DNA of 64,000 nucleotides from Eledone cirrhosa (taxonomy: Eukaryota), in NCBI GenBank assembly GCA_964016885.1, contig OZ024756.1, positions 28,582,001 through 28,646,000 on the forward strand, given 5' to 3'. A model generated the notes under the pieces. It did not search any database, was not told where the DNA came from, and saw only the letters and a list, made by a program, of their open reading frames with translations. Below are positions 27,631 through 46,384 of this stretch, one piece after another. Each line of letters opens with the position of its first letter. The stretch's first letter is position 1. The position numbers were made by a program, and so were the translations under genes.

Positions 27631-28045
27631 ATATACACACATTCTCTTTCTCTCTTTAAAATATATGTATTTATAGGCTAGGAATTTAAAATTATAGCCT
27701 TGATGAGAGATAAAGTATTTTTTCTAGCTGTATGTAAGGATGGTGTACAGGTGTAATCTTTAACATGGTGGAGGCACTGATGATATTCAGCCAAATAATA
27801 GGAGGGCTGTATATTTAAATAAAGCTTACTTAAAATACTTATTATAACAGTGAAAGCATGTGGCCTAGCAGTTAAAGTATTGGACTCCTGATCATAAGTT
27901 TTGGGGTTTGATTCCTGGATCAGGCATCACGTGTTCTTCACCAAAACACTTTATTTCATGTTAAATTTCATGCTAGGACTTGGGGGTCCCTATCATTAAA
28001 ACATCCAAGAAGCTTCATATAAGGGCCGATTTCGTAAGGGGTCAC

Positions 28046-28274
28046 TTAACCCTTTAGCATTTACATTACTCTATATTTACTAATGTTTTTTCATGGTAAA
28101 GGTTTTACCTTACATAATTATCTCTCATAATATTGAATCTATGAGATTTTGATATTATTTATTTTGAGAACAATACCTTAACATCAGTATGAGGGGCTAG
28201 TAAAAGCCGGTTTGAACAGAAAGAGGTGAGAGAATTCTGGTTGGATGCGGCTGGTTTAACTGCTAAAGGGTTAA
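28046..28274. mobile_element. piggyBac-like MITE
   Basis: TTAA-ccctttagca ... tgctaaaggg-TTAA; paralogue of 26961-27189. Confidence 0.85.
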
Positions 28275-28532
28275 GTTATGTTCCAAACAACTGCTTAATA
28301 ATCAGAGAGTTATATTACTAAATCTCTCCAAATTCTTGGTTATTTTCAAAATATTTTGAAAATCATAGGCATTATTTTGGGATGAAAGAGTTTATATTTA
28401 TCTAAAACATTCCATCATAATTTTATGTAACTTTCTTTAAGATTTGTTCCAAACTCCAGATTAATATCAAGAAATTCAGCTGGTCTCTTACAGAGATGTC
28501 TCTCATGGGAGGTTTACAGAGTGTTTTAATGA

Positions 28533-28690
28533 TACAGTGAAATTCTGTTATAGCGAAATTCATGGGGTATAAAAAAAAAAATTCGTTGTAACGGAAAATT
28601 CTTTACAACGAGAGCGACCGAAACACATCGAGCATGTGGCCTGGGATTGAAAAAAATTTCATCATACTGAAAAATTTGATATAATGACTA
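28533..28690. mobile_element. Tc1/pogo-like MITE (partial)
   Basis: Paralogue of 57677-57856. Confidence 0.65.
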
Positions 28691-29170
28691 ACAGTTTTAT
28701 CGGTCTACATGGCTGAATACAAGAAATGTAAATTTGAGTTTTCGAATATCAATAATTATATTCAATTCGTTTGCAATTATGCAATCAGCCTCTTAAGCCA
28801 TGTGAGTAGAATAACTGCGTAATTTTACCTGTATTACTAAATCTCTCTAAATTCTTGATAATCTTCAAAATCATAAGCAATATCTTTCGATAGAAATATG
28901 ACAGTGAAAGGGTTAACGTTAAATCTAGAAAATGTATGAACGGAAATTGATAATGGAAAATAAAATAAAGAAATCTATTGAAAATACTACAAGTCATTGC
29001 TTAGTATTTTCAATTTGTTTTAAAATCAAAATTATGATGAATAAATTAGTAGCTGCCTGTAATGAGATTCTGTATTTTAACAAACCAGTTCAATCTAGAT
29101 CATTAATAAGGTGCTGAATGCATTTTTTTTATTTTAATTTTTGCAATGTGTGCCAGCGAACGTCACCATG

Positions 29171-29410
29171 AACCAAAGTATCGTCTTCCTGTCTTCCTCC
29201 GGTTGCAACGTTTTTGAAATATCCAGTTCTGCGTTTACAGATTGACTTTGTTAGTTTCAGAAGATCCCGTTAAGGGTGAAAGCAGCGATTCTTTGCTTAA
29301 ACTTTAATCTGTTATTTTAATAAATATTTGCTCTTCGGTTCTTATATATGATATATATTTTCCTTATCGAGCCCTCTTTGGATTTTAGTCTTCAATTTTA
29401 TTATTATCAC
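29171..29410 (+). mobile_element. Non-coding repeat with a hammerhead-like motif (29253-29303, CAGAAGA core)
   Basis: Close paralogue at 51435-51582. AGUUU-CAGAAGA-u-CCC-guuaa-GGG-u-GAAA-GCA...UGC-UU|AAACU. Confidence 0.6.
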
Positions 29411-29479
29411 TATATATATATATATATATTAGAAAGTGAGGTTTTTTTTTTTACAAAATGAAAGATAACTGACTGAAAG

Positions 29480-29699
29480 TATAAAGAAAAAAAGATGAAA
29501 TCGAAAATGCAACTGGAGTCTTATTTTAAAAAAAATATATATATTCACAGATGTGAGAAAAACCACAGACCCTCCATCTCAACTCTACTTTGGAAAAGCA
29601 GAAGAACTGCGAAACCGGTAAAGGAACCAAATAAATATATATATTTTTTTTAAAATAAGACTCCAGTTGCATTTTCGATTTCATCTTTTTTTCTTTATA
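29480..29699. repeat. Perfect inverted repeat of about 66 bp with an 88 bp spacer
   Basis: Arms 29480-29545 and 29634-29699. Confidence 0.9.
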
Positions 29700-29714
29700 T
29701 ATATATATATATAT

Positions 29715-30170
29715 AACGGCGATGAATTAGTTTTGCGAGGTTTTTGATATGAAATCGTGTGTCGAAACGAATATTGTTATACTTGGGGAGGGTCATATTT
29801 GTGTAATATTGCCAGAATTAATAACAGAACACACTCACTGTTTGGTTGGTTTTCGCTTTTCGCTTCTGTGTCTTTTATATCTGTAATCTAATTTATTCGG
29901 TCCTCAATGTTGCCATTGACTGACCGGCGGTCAAAAATAATACAGATACAATATAGACACAAACACATATATATAGTTTATCAGAGTTCTTTCGTTGCAC
30001 ATCTGCAACATCATCTGTGGTGCTATTGTTTCCTCCCATTGCATTGTATGTCTACGCCATTTTTATTTAGTCTGTCTATATATATTGTTTTAGTTAATAC
30101 CAGCTAAAAACATAAAAAAATGAATTGCAATGTGTGTTTTTGTATTTGTCTGTGTGTTTGTGTACACTAT
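29715..30170 (-). mobile_element. Diverged Penelope 3' UTR / pseudo-LTR fragment with hammerhead-like motif (29980-30021)
   Basis: Shares tattgttata.tt.gggagggtcat, gttctttcgt and ctacgccat with 12509-12760, and 29715-29770 with 14161-14220. Confidence 0.7.
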
Positions 30171-30470
30171 GGCCTTTATCATTAAAACAGCCGAGAAACC
30201 TTCTGTGAGATACAACCTCATAGAGGCCAGCTAAACCTACATAGGTGTGAACAATATGTAAAGACTGGAGCCCCTATCACTAAAGCAGCTGAGAAACCTT
30301 CTATGTGATACCTCATAAGAGGCTAGCTAAACCTACATAGGTGTGAGCTGTAACAGCAACAATATGTAAAGACTGGAGCCCCTATCACTAAAGCAGCTGA
30401 GAAACCTTCTTTGAGATACAACCTCATAGGAGGCCAGCTAAGCCTACATAGGTGTGAGCTGTAACAACTT
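30170..30470. repeat. Three tandem units of about 95-110 bp
   Basis: Repeated tatcactaaagcagctgagaaaccttct...agctaaacctacataggtgtga. Confidence 0.8.
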
Positions 30471-31397
30471 GGAAATATGTTAACGAAAGGGTTAATTGAT
30501 TCCTGACACACTTTTCTTGGTAATTAGCAATATAAGCAAATTTGTTAAATTATTTATTAGAATTGATGTATTTATCACCCTTCTTAAATCCCTACCCACC
30601 CACACAGCCACCACCACAACCACCACCACCACACAAACTATTCAACAAGGACACCTCTGTGTAGTTACTTGACTTGCAAACAGAGAGGACAATAGGTGTT
30701 TTGTTGTGTCTGGAAAGGACATTGTGTTGTATACCTAGTTCAGCTTTTACATAACTTGTTGGGGACAAGTATGGGAGCTTATGACAGTTTAGAGTGTGAT
30801 AGCAAGAGAGAGAGCTGGATATTTTACAGAGAAGAATTGTCTCATAGTTATTTAATGCTCAAGTAACAATAGTTAAAGTGAGCCTAACAACAAGATGATG
30901 TTTGTGGAAGGATTAACTATGTATATCTGTCTTTATTCTCCCTTCTTACCTTCTCTAAGCCTCCGTGTCATTCTTCTTTGTCTGCACGTTGTACTACAGT
31001 CTATATTGTTCTTTTCTGTTTTTTCTATTCCTCCCCTTTCTATATTATTTCTTTTCCTTTGGCTAAGCCCTCGCGCACTGTTCTCTCCCTTCTTTGTCAG
31101 TTGACGTACCTGGGGTACTTTTTCCTCTATATTTGGCAAGTTTTCTACAGTTGGATGTCTTTCCTATTACCAACCACTTTACAAAGTATACAAGTTACAT
31201 TTATCATGGGGATCACCAACATGAGAGTTTGCCATACCCCTGACCCAACTAAAGAATCCTCTTGACCCTTTTGGCATGGTTTCTACAGTAGGCTGCCCTT
31301 CCTATCTCCAACCACTCTAAAGGGTGCACTGAGTGCATTTATCCTGGCACCAGCACTATATGTATATGTACACACACACACACACACACAGACACAG

Positions 31398-31459
<62 letters not shown>

Positions 31460-31603
31460 AGTGATTTTGGTAGTCGATAAGTGAAACGGGATGCAATATT
31501 AACAATGGAGTATATATAATTTCATTAGTTCTTACAGCATAGCTATGTTTTAGCAAAACAAGCTGGTAGTTTGCTTTGCTGAAACACCAAAACTATGCTG
31601 TAA

Positions 31604-31661
<58 letters not shown>

Positions 31662-32019
31662 CACTCATGTAGGTAGTCATGAATGTTCGGATATATGAAC
31701 ATACATGTATATATACGCACAGACACTCAGGAATCCCAGTCTCTTTGAATGTACATATGAATATAGTTGTTTGATTTCAAGCACTACTACTACTACCACC
31801 ACATAGTGACATAGTTCACTTATTTTAGTCTAACTTGTTACTTTTTGTTATTCAATTGTAAATATGTGATTGTGAAATGTTTATCACAAAGTTGTATATA
31901 GGTCTGTTTTTTAACATCTAATCTATTGATTTTCTCTCACCTAACTATATGTAATATATACATTTGTATATATTATTTGTGTGTAATATATGTCATATAT
32001 ATATATATATATATATAAT

Positions 32020-32305
32020 CATTCATCATCATTCATCATTTCATTTTACGTCCGCTTTTTCCCTGCTTGCAAGGGTGGGACGGGAACTGATGCTGGCTTG
32101 ATTTCTACAGCTGGATGCCCTTCCTAACACCAACCTCATTTACAGTGAGTGGTGGGTGCTTTTTTGCCGTGGCACCTCCACGACCACTTTGCAGTGGAAT
32201 GATATGGACCTCAGTCCCTATCATCTCATTTCTACAGCTGAGTAAACTGGAGCAATGTGAAATAAAGTGTCTTGCTCAAGGAAACAACACATCACCCGGT
32301 CTGAG
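32020..32305 (-). mobile_element. SINE family A, 5'-truncated
   Basis: Reverse complement of the 3' part of 1924-2262. Confidence 0.85.
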
Positions 32306-32313
32306 TTGTTTCC

Positions 32314-32361
<48 letters not shown>

Positions 32362-32564
32362 ATTAAATAAATGGAAAACTATATTTATAAAACCATATAA
32401 ATATAATATAGTTTTCCATTTATTTAATATTGTAAATATACTCCAAATATTTGTCGAGTGATTTTATATCAGTTATAAATATTTACTAGTTGTAACCCAA
32501 CAATTTTAAATATAACTTTACATATATATATATATATATATTGTCTATGTGTGTGTAATATATG

Positions 32565-32619
<55 letters not shown>

Positions 32620-32759
32620 TCATCATCATTTAACGTCCATCTTCCACGCTAGCATGGGTTTGGACGGGAATTTTCCCACTTGAGGCAAGATTGGTTGTCT
32701 TGCTCGTATAGGACTGTATATATATATTCTCTGCGTGTGTAATATATTGTGTGTGTGAG

Positions 32760-32798
<39 letters not shown>

Positions 32799-33039
32799 GC
32801 ACGCACGCACGCACGCACGCACGCACACAGAGAGAGAGAGAGATGTTGATATATATATACTTTCTCTTTCTGTCTACCATTTTAGCTTGTTGTTCACTAA
32901 CAACAACAACAACATTTATTTCTATATGAGGTTTTCTTTTTTTTTTTTTTTTTTTATTATTATATTACTTCCTACTTTACCTGTTATCTACATTGAAATA
33001 TTTGGAAAACAATGGAAATGTATGTGTGGGTGGGTGTGT

Positions 33040-33040
33040 G

Positions 33041-33071
<31 letters not shown>

Positions 33072-33206
33072 CATCGTATATATATATATATATGTATATA
33101 TGTATATGTATGTATATGTATGTATATGTATATATATGTATATGTATATATATGTATATGTATATATATGTATATGTATATATATGTATATATATGTATA
33201 TATATG

Positions 33207-33237
<31 letters not shown>

Positions 33238-33238
33238 G

Positions 33239-33269
<31 letters not shown>

Positions 33270-33316
33270 GTATATATATGTATATATATATATATGTATA
33301 TATATGTATATATATG

Positions 33317-33347
<31 letters not shown>

Positions 33348-33358
33348 GTATATATATG

Positions 33359-33389
<31 letters not shown>

Positions 33390-33424
33390 GTATATATATG
33401 TATATATATATGTATATATATATG

Positions 33425-33513
<89 letters not shown>

Positions 33514-33630
33514 GTATATATATATATGTATATATATATATATGTATATATATGTATATATATATATGTATATATATGTATATGTATATATATGTATATA
33601 TATGTATATGTATATATATGTATATATATG

Positions 33631-33677
<47 letters not shown>

Positions 33678-33764
33678 GTATATGTATATATATGTATATA
33701 TATATATGTATATATATATGTATATATATGTATATATATATATGTATATATATATGTATATATA

Positions 33765-33797
<33 letters not shown>

Positions 33798-33804
33798 ATA
33801 TATG

Positions 33805-33849
<45 letters not shown>

Positions 33850-33850
33850 G

Positions 33851-33895
<45 letters not shown>

Positions 33896-33930
33896 GTATA
33901 TATGTATATGTATATATATATGTATATATG

Positions 33931-33967
<37 letters not shown>

Positions 33968-34013
33968 GTATATATATATATGTACATATATATATGTATA
34001 TATATATATGTAC

Positions 34014-34051
<38 letters not shown>

Positions 34052-34394
34052 GTATATATATATATGTATATATATATATGTACATATATATATGTATATA
34101 TATATATGTACATATATATATGTATATATATATATGTATATATATATATGTATATATATATATGTATATATATATATGTATATATGTATATATATATGTA
34201 TATGTATATGTATGTATATGTATATATATATATGTATATGTATATGTATATATATGTATATATATGTATATGTATATGTATATATATGTATATATATGTA
34301 TATATATATATATATGTATGTATATATATGTATATATATATATATATATGTATATGTATGTATATATATATATATATATGTATGTATATGTATG

Positions 34395-34426
<32 letters not shown>

Positions 34427-34857
34427 TATGTATATGTATGTATATATATGTATATGTATGTATATATATGTATATATATATATATGTATGTATATATATG
34501 TATATATATGTATATATATGTATGTATATGTATATATATGTATGTATATGTATGTATATATATGTATATGTATGTATATATATGTATATGTATGTATATA
34601 TATGTATATATATGTATGTATATGTATATATATGTATGTATATGTATGTATATATATGTATATATATGTATATGTATGTATATATATGTATATATATGTA
34701 TATATATGTATGTATATGTATATATATTGTATGTATTGTATGATATATGTATATATATGTATATGTATGTATATATATGTATATATATGTATGTATATGT
34801 ATATATATATATGTATATATATATATGTATGTATATGTATATATATGTATATATATG

Positions 34858-34890
<33 letters not shown>

Positions 34891-35055
34891 GTATGTATAT
34901 GTATGTATATGTATATATATGTATATATATATGTATATATATATGTATGTATATGTATGTATATGTATATATATGTATATATATGTATATATATATATAT
35001 ATATGTATATATATGTATGTATATGTATGTATATGTATATATATGTATATATATG

Positions 35056-35086
<31 letters not shown>

Positions 35087-35111
35087 GTATGTATATGTAT
35101 ATATATGTATG

Positions 35112-35150
<39 letters not shown>

Positions 35151-35303
35151 ATGTATGTATATGTATATATATGTATATATATGTATATATATATGTATAT
35201 ATATGTATGTATATGTATGTATATGTATGTATATGTATATATATGTATGTATATATATATATATGTATATATGTATGTATATGTATATATATGTATGTAT
35301 ATG

Positions 35304-35336
<33 letters not shown>

Positions 35337-35377
35337 GTATGTATATGTATGTATATGTATATATATGTATATATATG

Positions 35378-35408
<31 letters not shown>

Positions 35409-35439
35409 GTATGTATATGTATGTATATGTATATATATG

Positions 35440-35470
<31 letters not shown>

Positions 35471-36229
35471 GTATGTATATGTATGTATATGTATATATAT
35501 GTATATGTATATATATGTATATATATATGTATATATATGTATATATATATGTATATATATGTTATATATATATATATATTATATATATATATGTGTATAT
35601 ATGTATATGTATATATATGTATATATATATGTATATATATGTATATATATGTATATATATATATATATTATATATATATATGTGTATATATGTATATGTA
35701 TATATATATTATATATATATATGTGTATATATGTATATGTATATATATATTATATATATATATGTGTATATATGTATATGTATATATATATTATATATAT
35801 ATGTGTATATATGTATATGTATATATATATATTATATATATATGTGTATATATGTATATGTATATATATGTATATATATATGTATATATATGTATATATA
35901 TATGTATATATATATATGTATATATATGTATGTATATATATGTATATATATGTATATATAGTATATGTATATATATGTATATATATATATGTATATATAT
36001 GTATATTTATATATGTGTATATATATATATGTATATATATATATATGTATATATATGTATATATATGTGTATATATATGTATATATATGTATATATATAT
36101 GTATATATATGATGTATATATATGTGTATATATATATGTATATATATATATGTATATATATATGTATATATATGTATATATATGTATATATATGTATATG
36201 TATATATATGTATATATATATATGTATAT
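33040..36229. repeat. About 3.2 kb (TA)n/(TATG)n array
   Basis: Seen directly in sequence. Confidence 0.97.
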
Positions 36230-37980
36230 AACTTTGAAATGTTTTGGCCAGTATTGGCCCAGGCCATGTCTAACTTAATAGCACCACCTGGCGAGTCTTT
36301 CAATTCAGGATTTGGGCACCATGGCCCATTCGAGAAGAGAATTACTGTTTGCGGAGACATATCCGGGTGTGGGTGGTTTGTCCGGGATTACTTGGAGGAA
36401 TTTGTCCAAAGACTTCTTGAATTTTGTGTGGTCAGTTTCTGTTTTGACGTGTCCTGGTGTGATGTTGAAGAGAGCAGGGCCGATTGAGGTGAAATAATTG
36501 TGCCGTATTGTTGTTATGAGTTGCGATTTAGATTTTTGAATGGGACGGATAGCACGGGGCCCAAGCCTTGGGTGTATCTTGAAGGCGATGCCAACATCAT
36601 TTGGGCAGTGATGATGGAACATTTTCCACATCATGCAGATAATATAACGCTCACGGCGACGTTGGAGTGAGTAAAGTTTCAGGTTTTCCAATCGACCCCA
36701 GTAGTCAAGGTCTGACATGCCATCTATCTTTTTCGTGATTGCCCTTTGAGGAGCTTCAAGTTTCATGATACTTTGTTTCGTGTGGGGAGACCACAGTGGA
36801 CAACAGTATTCAAGGTGTGGTCGGGCGAAAGTAGAGAAGAGAAGGATAATGGTGCGGGAATCTCTCGACTGGAAGGTTCTGAGGATCCAGGAACACATTC
36901 TGCGGGCCATGTCAACTTTGCTGCTTATATGCGTGGTCCAGCTTATGTTGCTGTCCACGGTTACTCCCAAGTCTCTGATGTTGTTAGATGCCACGAGAGT
37001 TTCCCCGGAGGGAAGGGAGTACGGGAGTTTCAGAGCATCCTCTTTTCCAAAGTGGATCAGTTCGAATTTGTCTTCGTTCAGTAACATGTTGTTCTTTTCT
37101 GCCCATTGGGTAACAGCCAGTAGGTCTGACTGAAGGCTTATCCGGTCATCCACGCCATTGATGACCTTTTGGAGCTTGGAATCATCAGCGAAAATTTTAA
37201 TGTTGCTGTGTTTGATGATGTCAGTGATGTCATTAATATAGATGATGAAGAGAAGTGGGCCCAACACAGTGCCTTGTGGGACTCCACTACTGACTTTGGC
37301 TGGGCTTGATTTGACTCCCTCAACTACAACATGTTGGGTTCTGTTTGACAGGAAGCTCTTGATCCACTGCAGCAGCTTTCCAGTGACACCAATATTGGAC
37401 AGCTTTCTCAGTAGAATGTTATGATCAACCCTGTCAAAGGCCTTGCTGAAATCAAGGTAGATAACATCAGTGTTGGAACCCTCTCCCAAGGCTCTCAAAA
37501 TGTCATCAAAGTGATGCAGTAGTTGCGTCAGGCAATCCCTTCCATTACGGAATCCATGCTGGTTGGAGTTCAGCATATTGTTACTCTCAAGGAAGTGGGT
37601 CATTCGCGATCTCACCACTCGCTCAAATACCTTAATGATATGAGAGGTGAGTGAGATTGGACGGTAATTCACGGCAAGGGATTTGTTTCCCTTTTTGAAA
37701 ACTGGGACAACAGACTGGGATAGAAGGTTTTCTGGCACATATCCAGCATCCAGTGAGTTCCGCCACAGATTGGCAAGAGGAGAAGCAAGTTGGTGTTGAC
37801 ACGCCTTCAAGACACAAGCAGGGAACCTATCGGGACCTACTGCTGAATTATGCTTGATTTCCTTTATTGCCGCCAAGACATCAGGGGCGCCAAACGTTAT
37901 GTCCGATAAGGTGTAATGGGGAGTAACATCGCCGATACAGCCCAGATCGGCCATATCAGGATTGCTGAAAACAGAGCAGT
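36230..37980 (-). mobile_element. 5'-truncated CR1-group non-LTR retrotransposon with an uninterrupted RT ORF (stop at 36305)
   Basis: [61 protein letters not shown]. Confidence 0.92.
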
Positions 37981-41605
<3,625 letters not shown>

Positions 41606-43660
41606 CAAGAAGGAATCCTATTTGAAACGTGCACTACTTGACACCGAGATTGCACTCAAGCTTTCACATGAGAATGAGAGGGCAAGGAAAGAGAACAGGG
41701 CCATAGAAAACATTAAAACAAACCCTAAGGCCTTCTTTAAATTTGCAAAAGAAACTGCCTCAGTACACTGCAAGATTGGACCACTCTTCCACACGGACGG
41801 TTCATTAACCGAAAATCCCCAAGAGATATGTGAAATACTGAATGAACAGTACAAAAGTGTCTTCACATGTCCACTGAGGCACATGCAAATAACGAAGCCA
41901 GAGGAGTTCTTTGATGCCACAACACTACATCAAGAAATGGCAACCATCAACCACATAGACATAACGGAGGAGGATGTGGTGTACGCCATTGATGAAATTA
42001 GAACAGACTCGGCTGCTGGACCTGATGGATTCCCAGCAGTTCTCCTAAAAATATGTAAGCGGGCCTTAGCAACTCCACTGAAGATGCTCTTCAGAAGCTC
42101 CTTGGCTAGCGGTGTACTACCCAGGGAGCTGAAAGAAGGCACAATATGCCCTATCCATAAAGGAGGTAGTAGAGCGGAGGCCAAGAACTATAGGCCAGTC
42201 TCCCTGACGTCGCATATCAGTAAGGTCATGGAGCGAGTCGTCAGAAAGAAACTAATCACTTTCCTCGAAGAAAATGACCGCCTGACTAGCACGCAACATG
42301 GCTTCCGCCCAGGAAGAAGCTGCCTTACACAGCTGCTACATCACTACGACTGGGTACTGAGACAGCTACTAGACAGCTCACATGTAGACGTGATATATCT
42401 TGACTTTGCGAAGGCCTTTGACAAGGTCGACCACGGAATGATATGTCACAAACTACACGGACTCGGCATAACTGGAAAAGTAGGTGAGTGGCTGCATGGC
42501 TTCCTGAGGGACAGAAGCCAGGCAGTCGCAGCAAATGGGGCTCTCTCGAGGGAAACACCGATAACAAGTGGGGTGCCTCAGGGGACAGTCCTGGGACCAC
42601 TACTGTTTTTGGTGGCTCTCTCGGACATGCCCTCTGTGGTGCATGCAACAACATCCCTCACTAGCTATGCTGATGACACTAAGGTAGCACAGGCAATCAA
42701 AAACCCGGCTGACACTGCCCTCTTACAGCAGGATCTGGATGCCATATACAGATGGGCGGAAGAAAACAACATGCAGTTTAATGCTGGCAAATTCCAAGCC
42801 CTACAATACAAACCTGCAAACACAAACACAAATATAGCGGAACACAGCTACACAGGACCAGGAGGGACCGATATCCCCGTGTCAAAATCGATACGAGACC
42901 TGGGCATAGACATGAGCGATGATGCATCTTTTTCTTCACACATCATGAAGGTGGCGACAGCATGTAGACGATTCGCTGGCTGGATCTTGAGGACTTTCCT
43001 TACAAGAGATCGAGACACCATGTTGACACTGTGGAGGACTTTTGTCCTAAGCCGCCTGGACTACTGCTCCCAGCTGTGGTCACCCCATAGTGTCAAACTA
43101 ACCACAGAGCTTGAGGCAATCCAGCGAAGCTACACCAAGAGGATTGCCAAGATGAGGGAGACAAGCTACTGGGAGAGGCTGAAGGAACTGAACCTCTACT
43201 CCTTGGAGCGAAGACGGGAGAGATACGCAGTGATCTACATGTGGAAAATCCTGGAGGGACTAGCACCAAACTTTGGCATTGGGAGCTGGACCAACCGTCG
43301 AACAGGACGTCACTGTGTGGTGCCAAAGGTCCCGTCTTCCACATCTAGAATAAGGAGCAGGTATTGCAATAGCCTGGGATTCAAGGGCCCTCAACTCTTC
43401 AACAGGCTGCCGAGGCATCTGCGAGACTTGCATGACGTGGAGGTGGATGTCTTTAAGAAACATCTCGACACCTTGTTATCCAGGATCCCGGATGAGCCCA
43501 CAGCAAGACATGAGGGAAACCTAAGGGCAGCAGCAACAAACTCCCTCCTACACCAGTGGCCAACCTATACAGGCTGGAGATAAAGTGTGTAGCAGCAAGG
43601 GCGGTGCCCCAGCATGGCCTCAGCCGGATGGCTGAAACAGGTAAAAGAGTAAAAGAGTAA
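41606..43660 (+). mobile_element. 5'-truncated CR1-group non-LTR retrotransposon, second family; uninterrupted RT ORF (stop at 43583), (TAAAAGAG)n tail
   Basis: [55 protein letters not shown]. Confidence 0.93.
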
Positions 43661-43703
43661 TATATATGTATGTATATATATGTATGTTATATGTATGTAT
43701 ATG

Positions 43704-43736
<33 letters not shown>

Positions 43737-43761
43737 GTATGTATATGTATATATATGTATA

Positions 43762-43802
<41 letters not shown>

Positions 43803-43853
43803 GTATGTATATGTATATATATGTATGTATATGTATATATATGTATGTATATG

Positions 43854-43886
<33 letters not shown>

Positions 43887-43917
43887 GTATGTATATGTAT
43901 GTATATGTATGTATATG

Positions 43918-43971
<54 letters not shown>

Positions 43972-44062
43972 GTATGTATATGTATGTATATGTATGTATA
44001 TGTATATATATGTATATATATGTATATATATGTATGTATATGTATATATATGTATGTATATG

Positions 44063-44093
<31 letters not shown>

Positions 44094-44197
44094 ATGTATG
44101 TATATGTATATATATGTATATATATGTATATATATATATATTATATATATATGTATATATATGTATATATATGTATGTATATGTATGTATATGTATA

Positions 44198-44238
<41 letters not shown>

Positions 44239-45414
44239 GTATGTATATGTATGTATATGTATATATATGTATATGTATATATATGTATATATATATGTAT
44301 ATATATATGTATATATATGTATATATATGTATATATATATATATATTATATATATATATGTGTATATATGTATATGTATATATATATTATATATATATAT
44401 GTGTATATATGTATATGTATATATATATTATATATATATATGTGTATATATGTATATGTATATATATTATATATATATATGTGTATATATGTATATGTAT
44501 ATATATGTATATATATATGTATATATGTATATATATGTATATATATATATGTATATATGTATGTATATATATGTATATATATGTATGTATATATATGTAT
44601 ATATATGTATGTATATATATGTATATATATATATATGTATATATATATGTGTATATATATATATGTATGTATATATATGTATATATATATATATGTATAT
44701 ATATATATGTGTATATATATATATGTATATATATATATGTATATATATGTATATATATGTGTATATATATATGTATATATATGTATATATATATGTATAT
44801 ATATGTGTATATATATGTGTATATATTATGTGTATATATATATGTATATATCTGTATATATATGTGTATATATATGTGTATATATATATGTATATATATG
44901 TATGTATATATATGTATATATATGTATGTATATATATGTATATGTATATATATGTATATATATATGTATATATATGTATATATATGTATATATATGTATA
45001 TGTATATATATGTATATGTATATATATATATGTATATGTATGTATATGTATATATATGTATATATATGTATATGTATATATATGTATATGTATATGTATG
45101 TATATGTATATGTATATATATGTATATGTATATGTATGTATATGTATATGTATGTATATGTATATGTATATATATGTATATGTATATGTATATATATGTA
45201 TATGTATATATATGTATATATATGTATATGTATATATATGTATATATATGTATATGTATATATATGTATATGTATATTTATGTATATGTATATATATGTA
45301 TATGTATATATATATATGTATATGTATATATATGTATATATATATATATATATATATGTATATGTATATATGTATATGTATATATATGTATATATATATA
45401 TATGTATATATATG

Positions 45415-45445
<31 letters not shown>

Positions 45446-45468
45446 GTATATATATGTATGTATATATG

Positions 45469-45499
<31 letters not shown>

Positions 45500-45716
45500 G
45501 TATATATATGTATGTATATATGTATATATATGTATATATATATGTATGTATATATGTATATATATGTATATATATGTATATATATGTATATATATATGTA
45601 TATATGTATATATATATATGTATATATATGTATGTATATATGTATATATATGTATATATATGTATATATATGTATATATATATGTATATATATGTATATG
45701 TATATATATGTATATG

Positions 45717-45747
<31 letters not shown>

Positions 45748-45764
45748 GTATATATATGTATATG

Positions 45765-45797
<33 letters not shown>

Positions 45798-46157
45798 GTA
45801 TATATATGTATATGTATATGTATATATATGTATATGTATATATATGTATATGTATATATATGTATATGTATATATATATGTATATATATGTATGTATATA
45901 TGTGTATATGTATATGTATATATATGTATATATATATATATATATATATGTATATGTATATATATGTATATATATATGTATATATATGTATGTATATATG
46001 TGTATATGTATATGTATATATATGTATATATATATATATGTATATATATATATGTATATATATATGTATATATATGTATGTATATATGTATATATATGTA
46101 TATATATGTATATATATATATATATATGTATATATGATATATATGTATATATATGTA

Positions 46158-46188
<31 letters not shown>

Positions 46189-46323
46189 ATATATATATAT
46201 ATGTATATATGTATATATGTATATATGTATGTATATATGTATATATGTATATATGTATATATATATGTATATATGTATATATATATATATGTACATATAT
46301 ATATATATGTATATATGTATATA

Positions 46324-46384
<61 letters not shown>

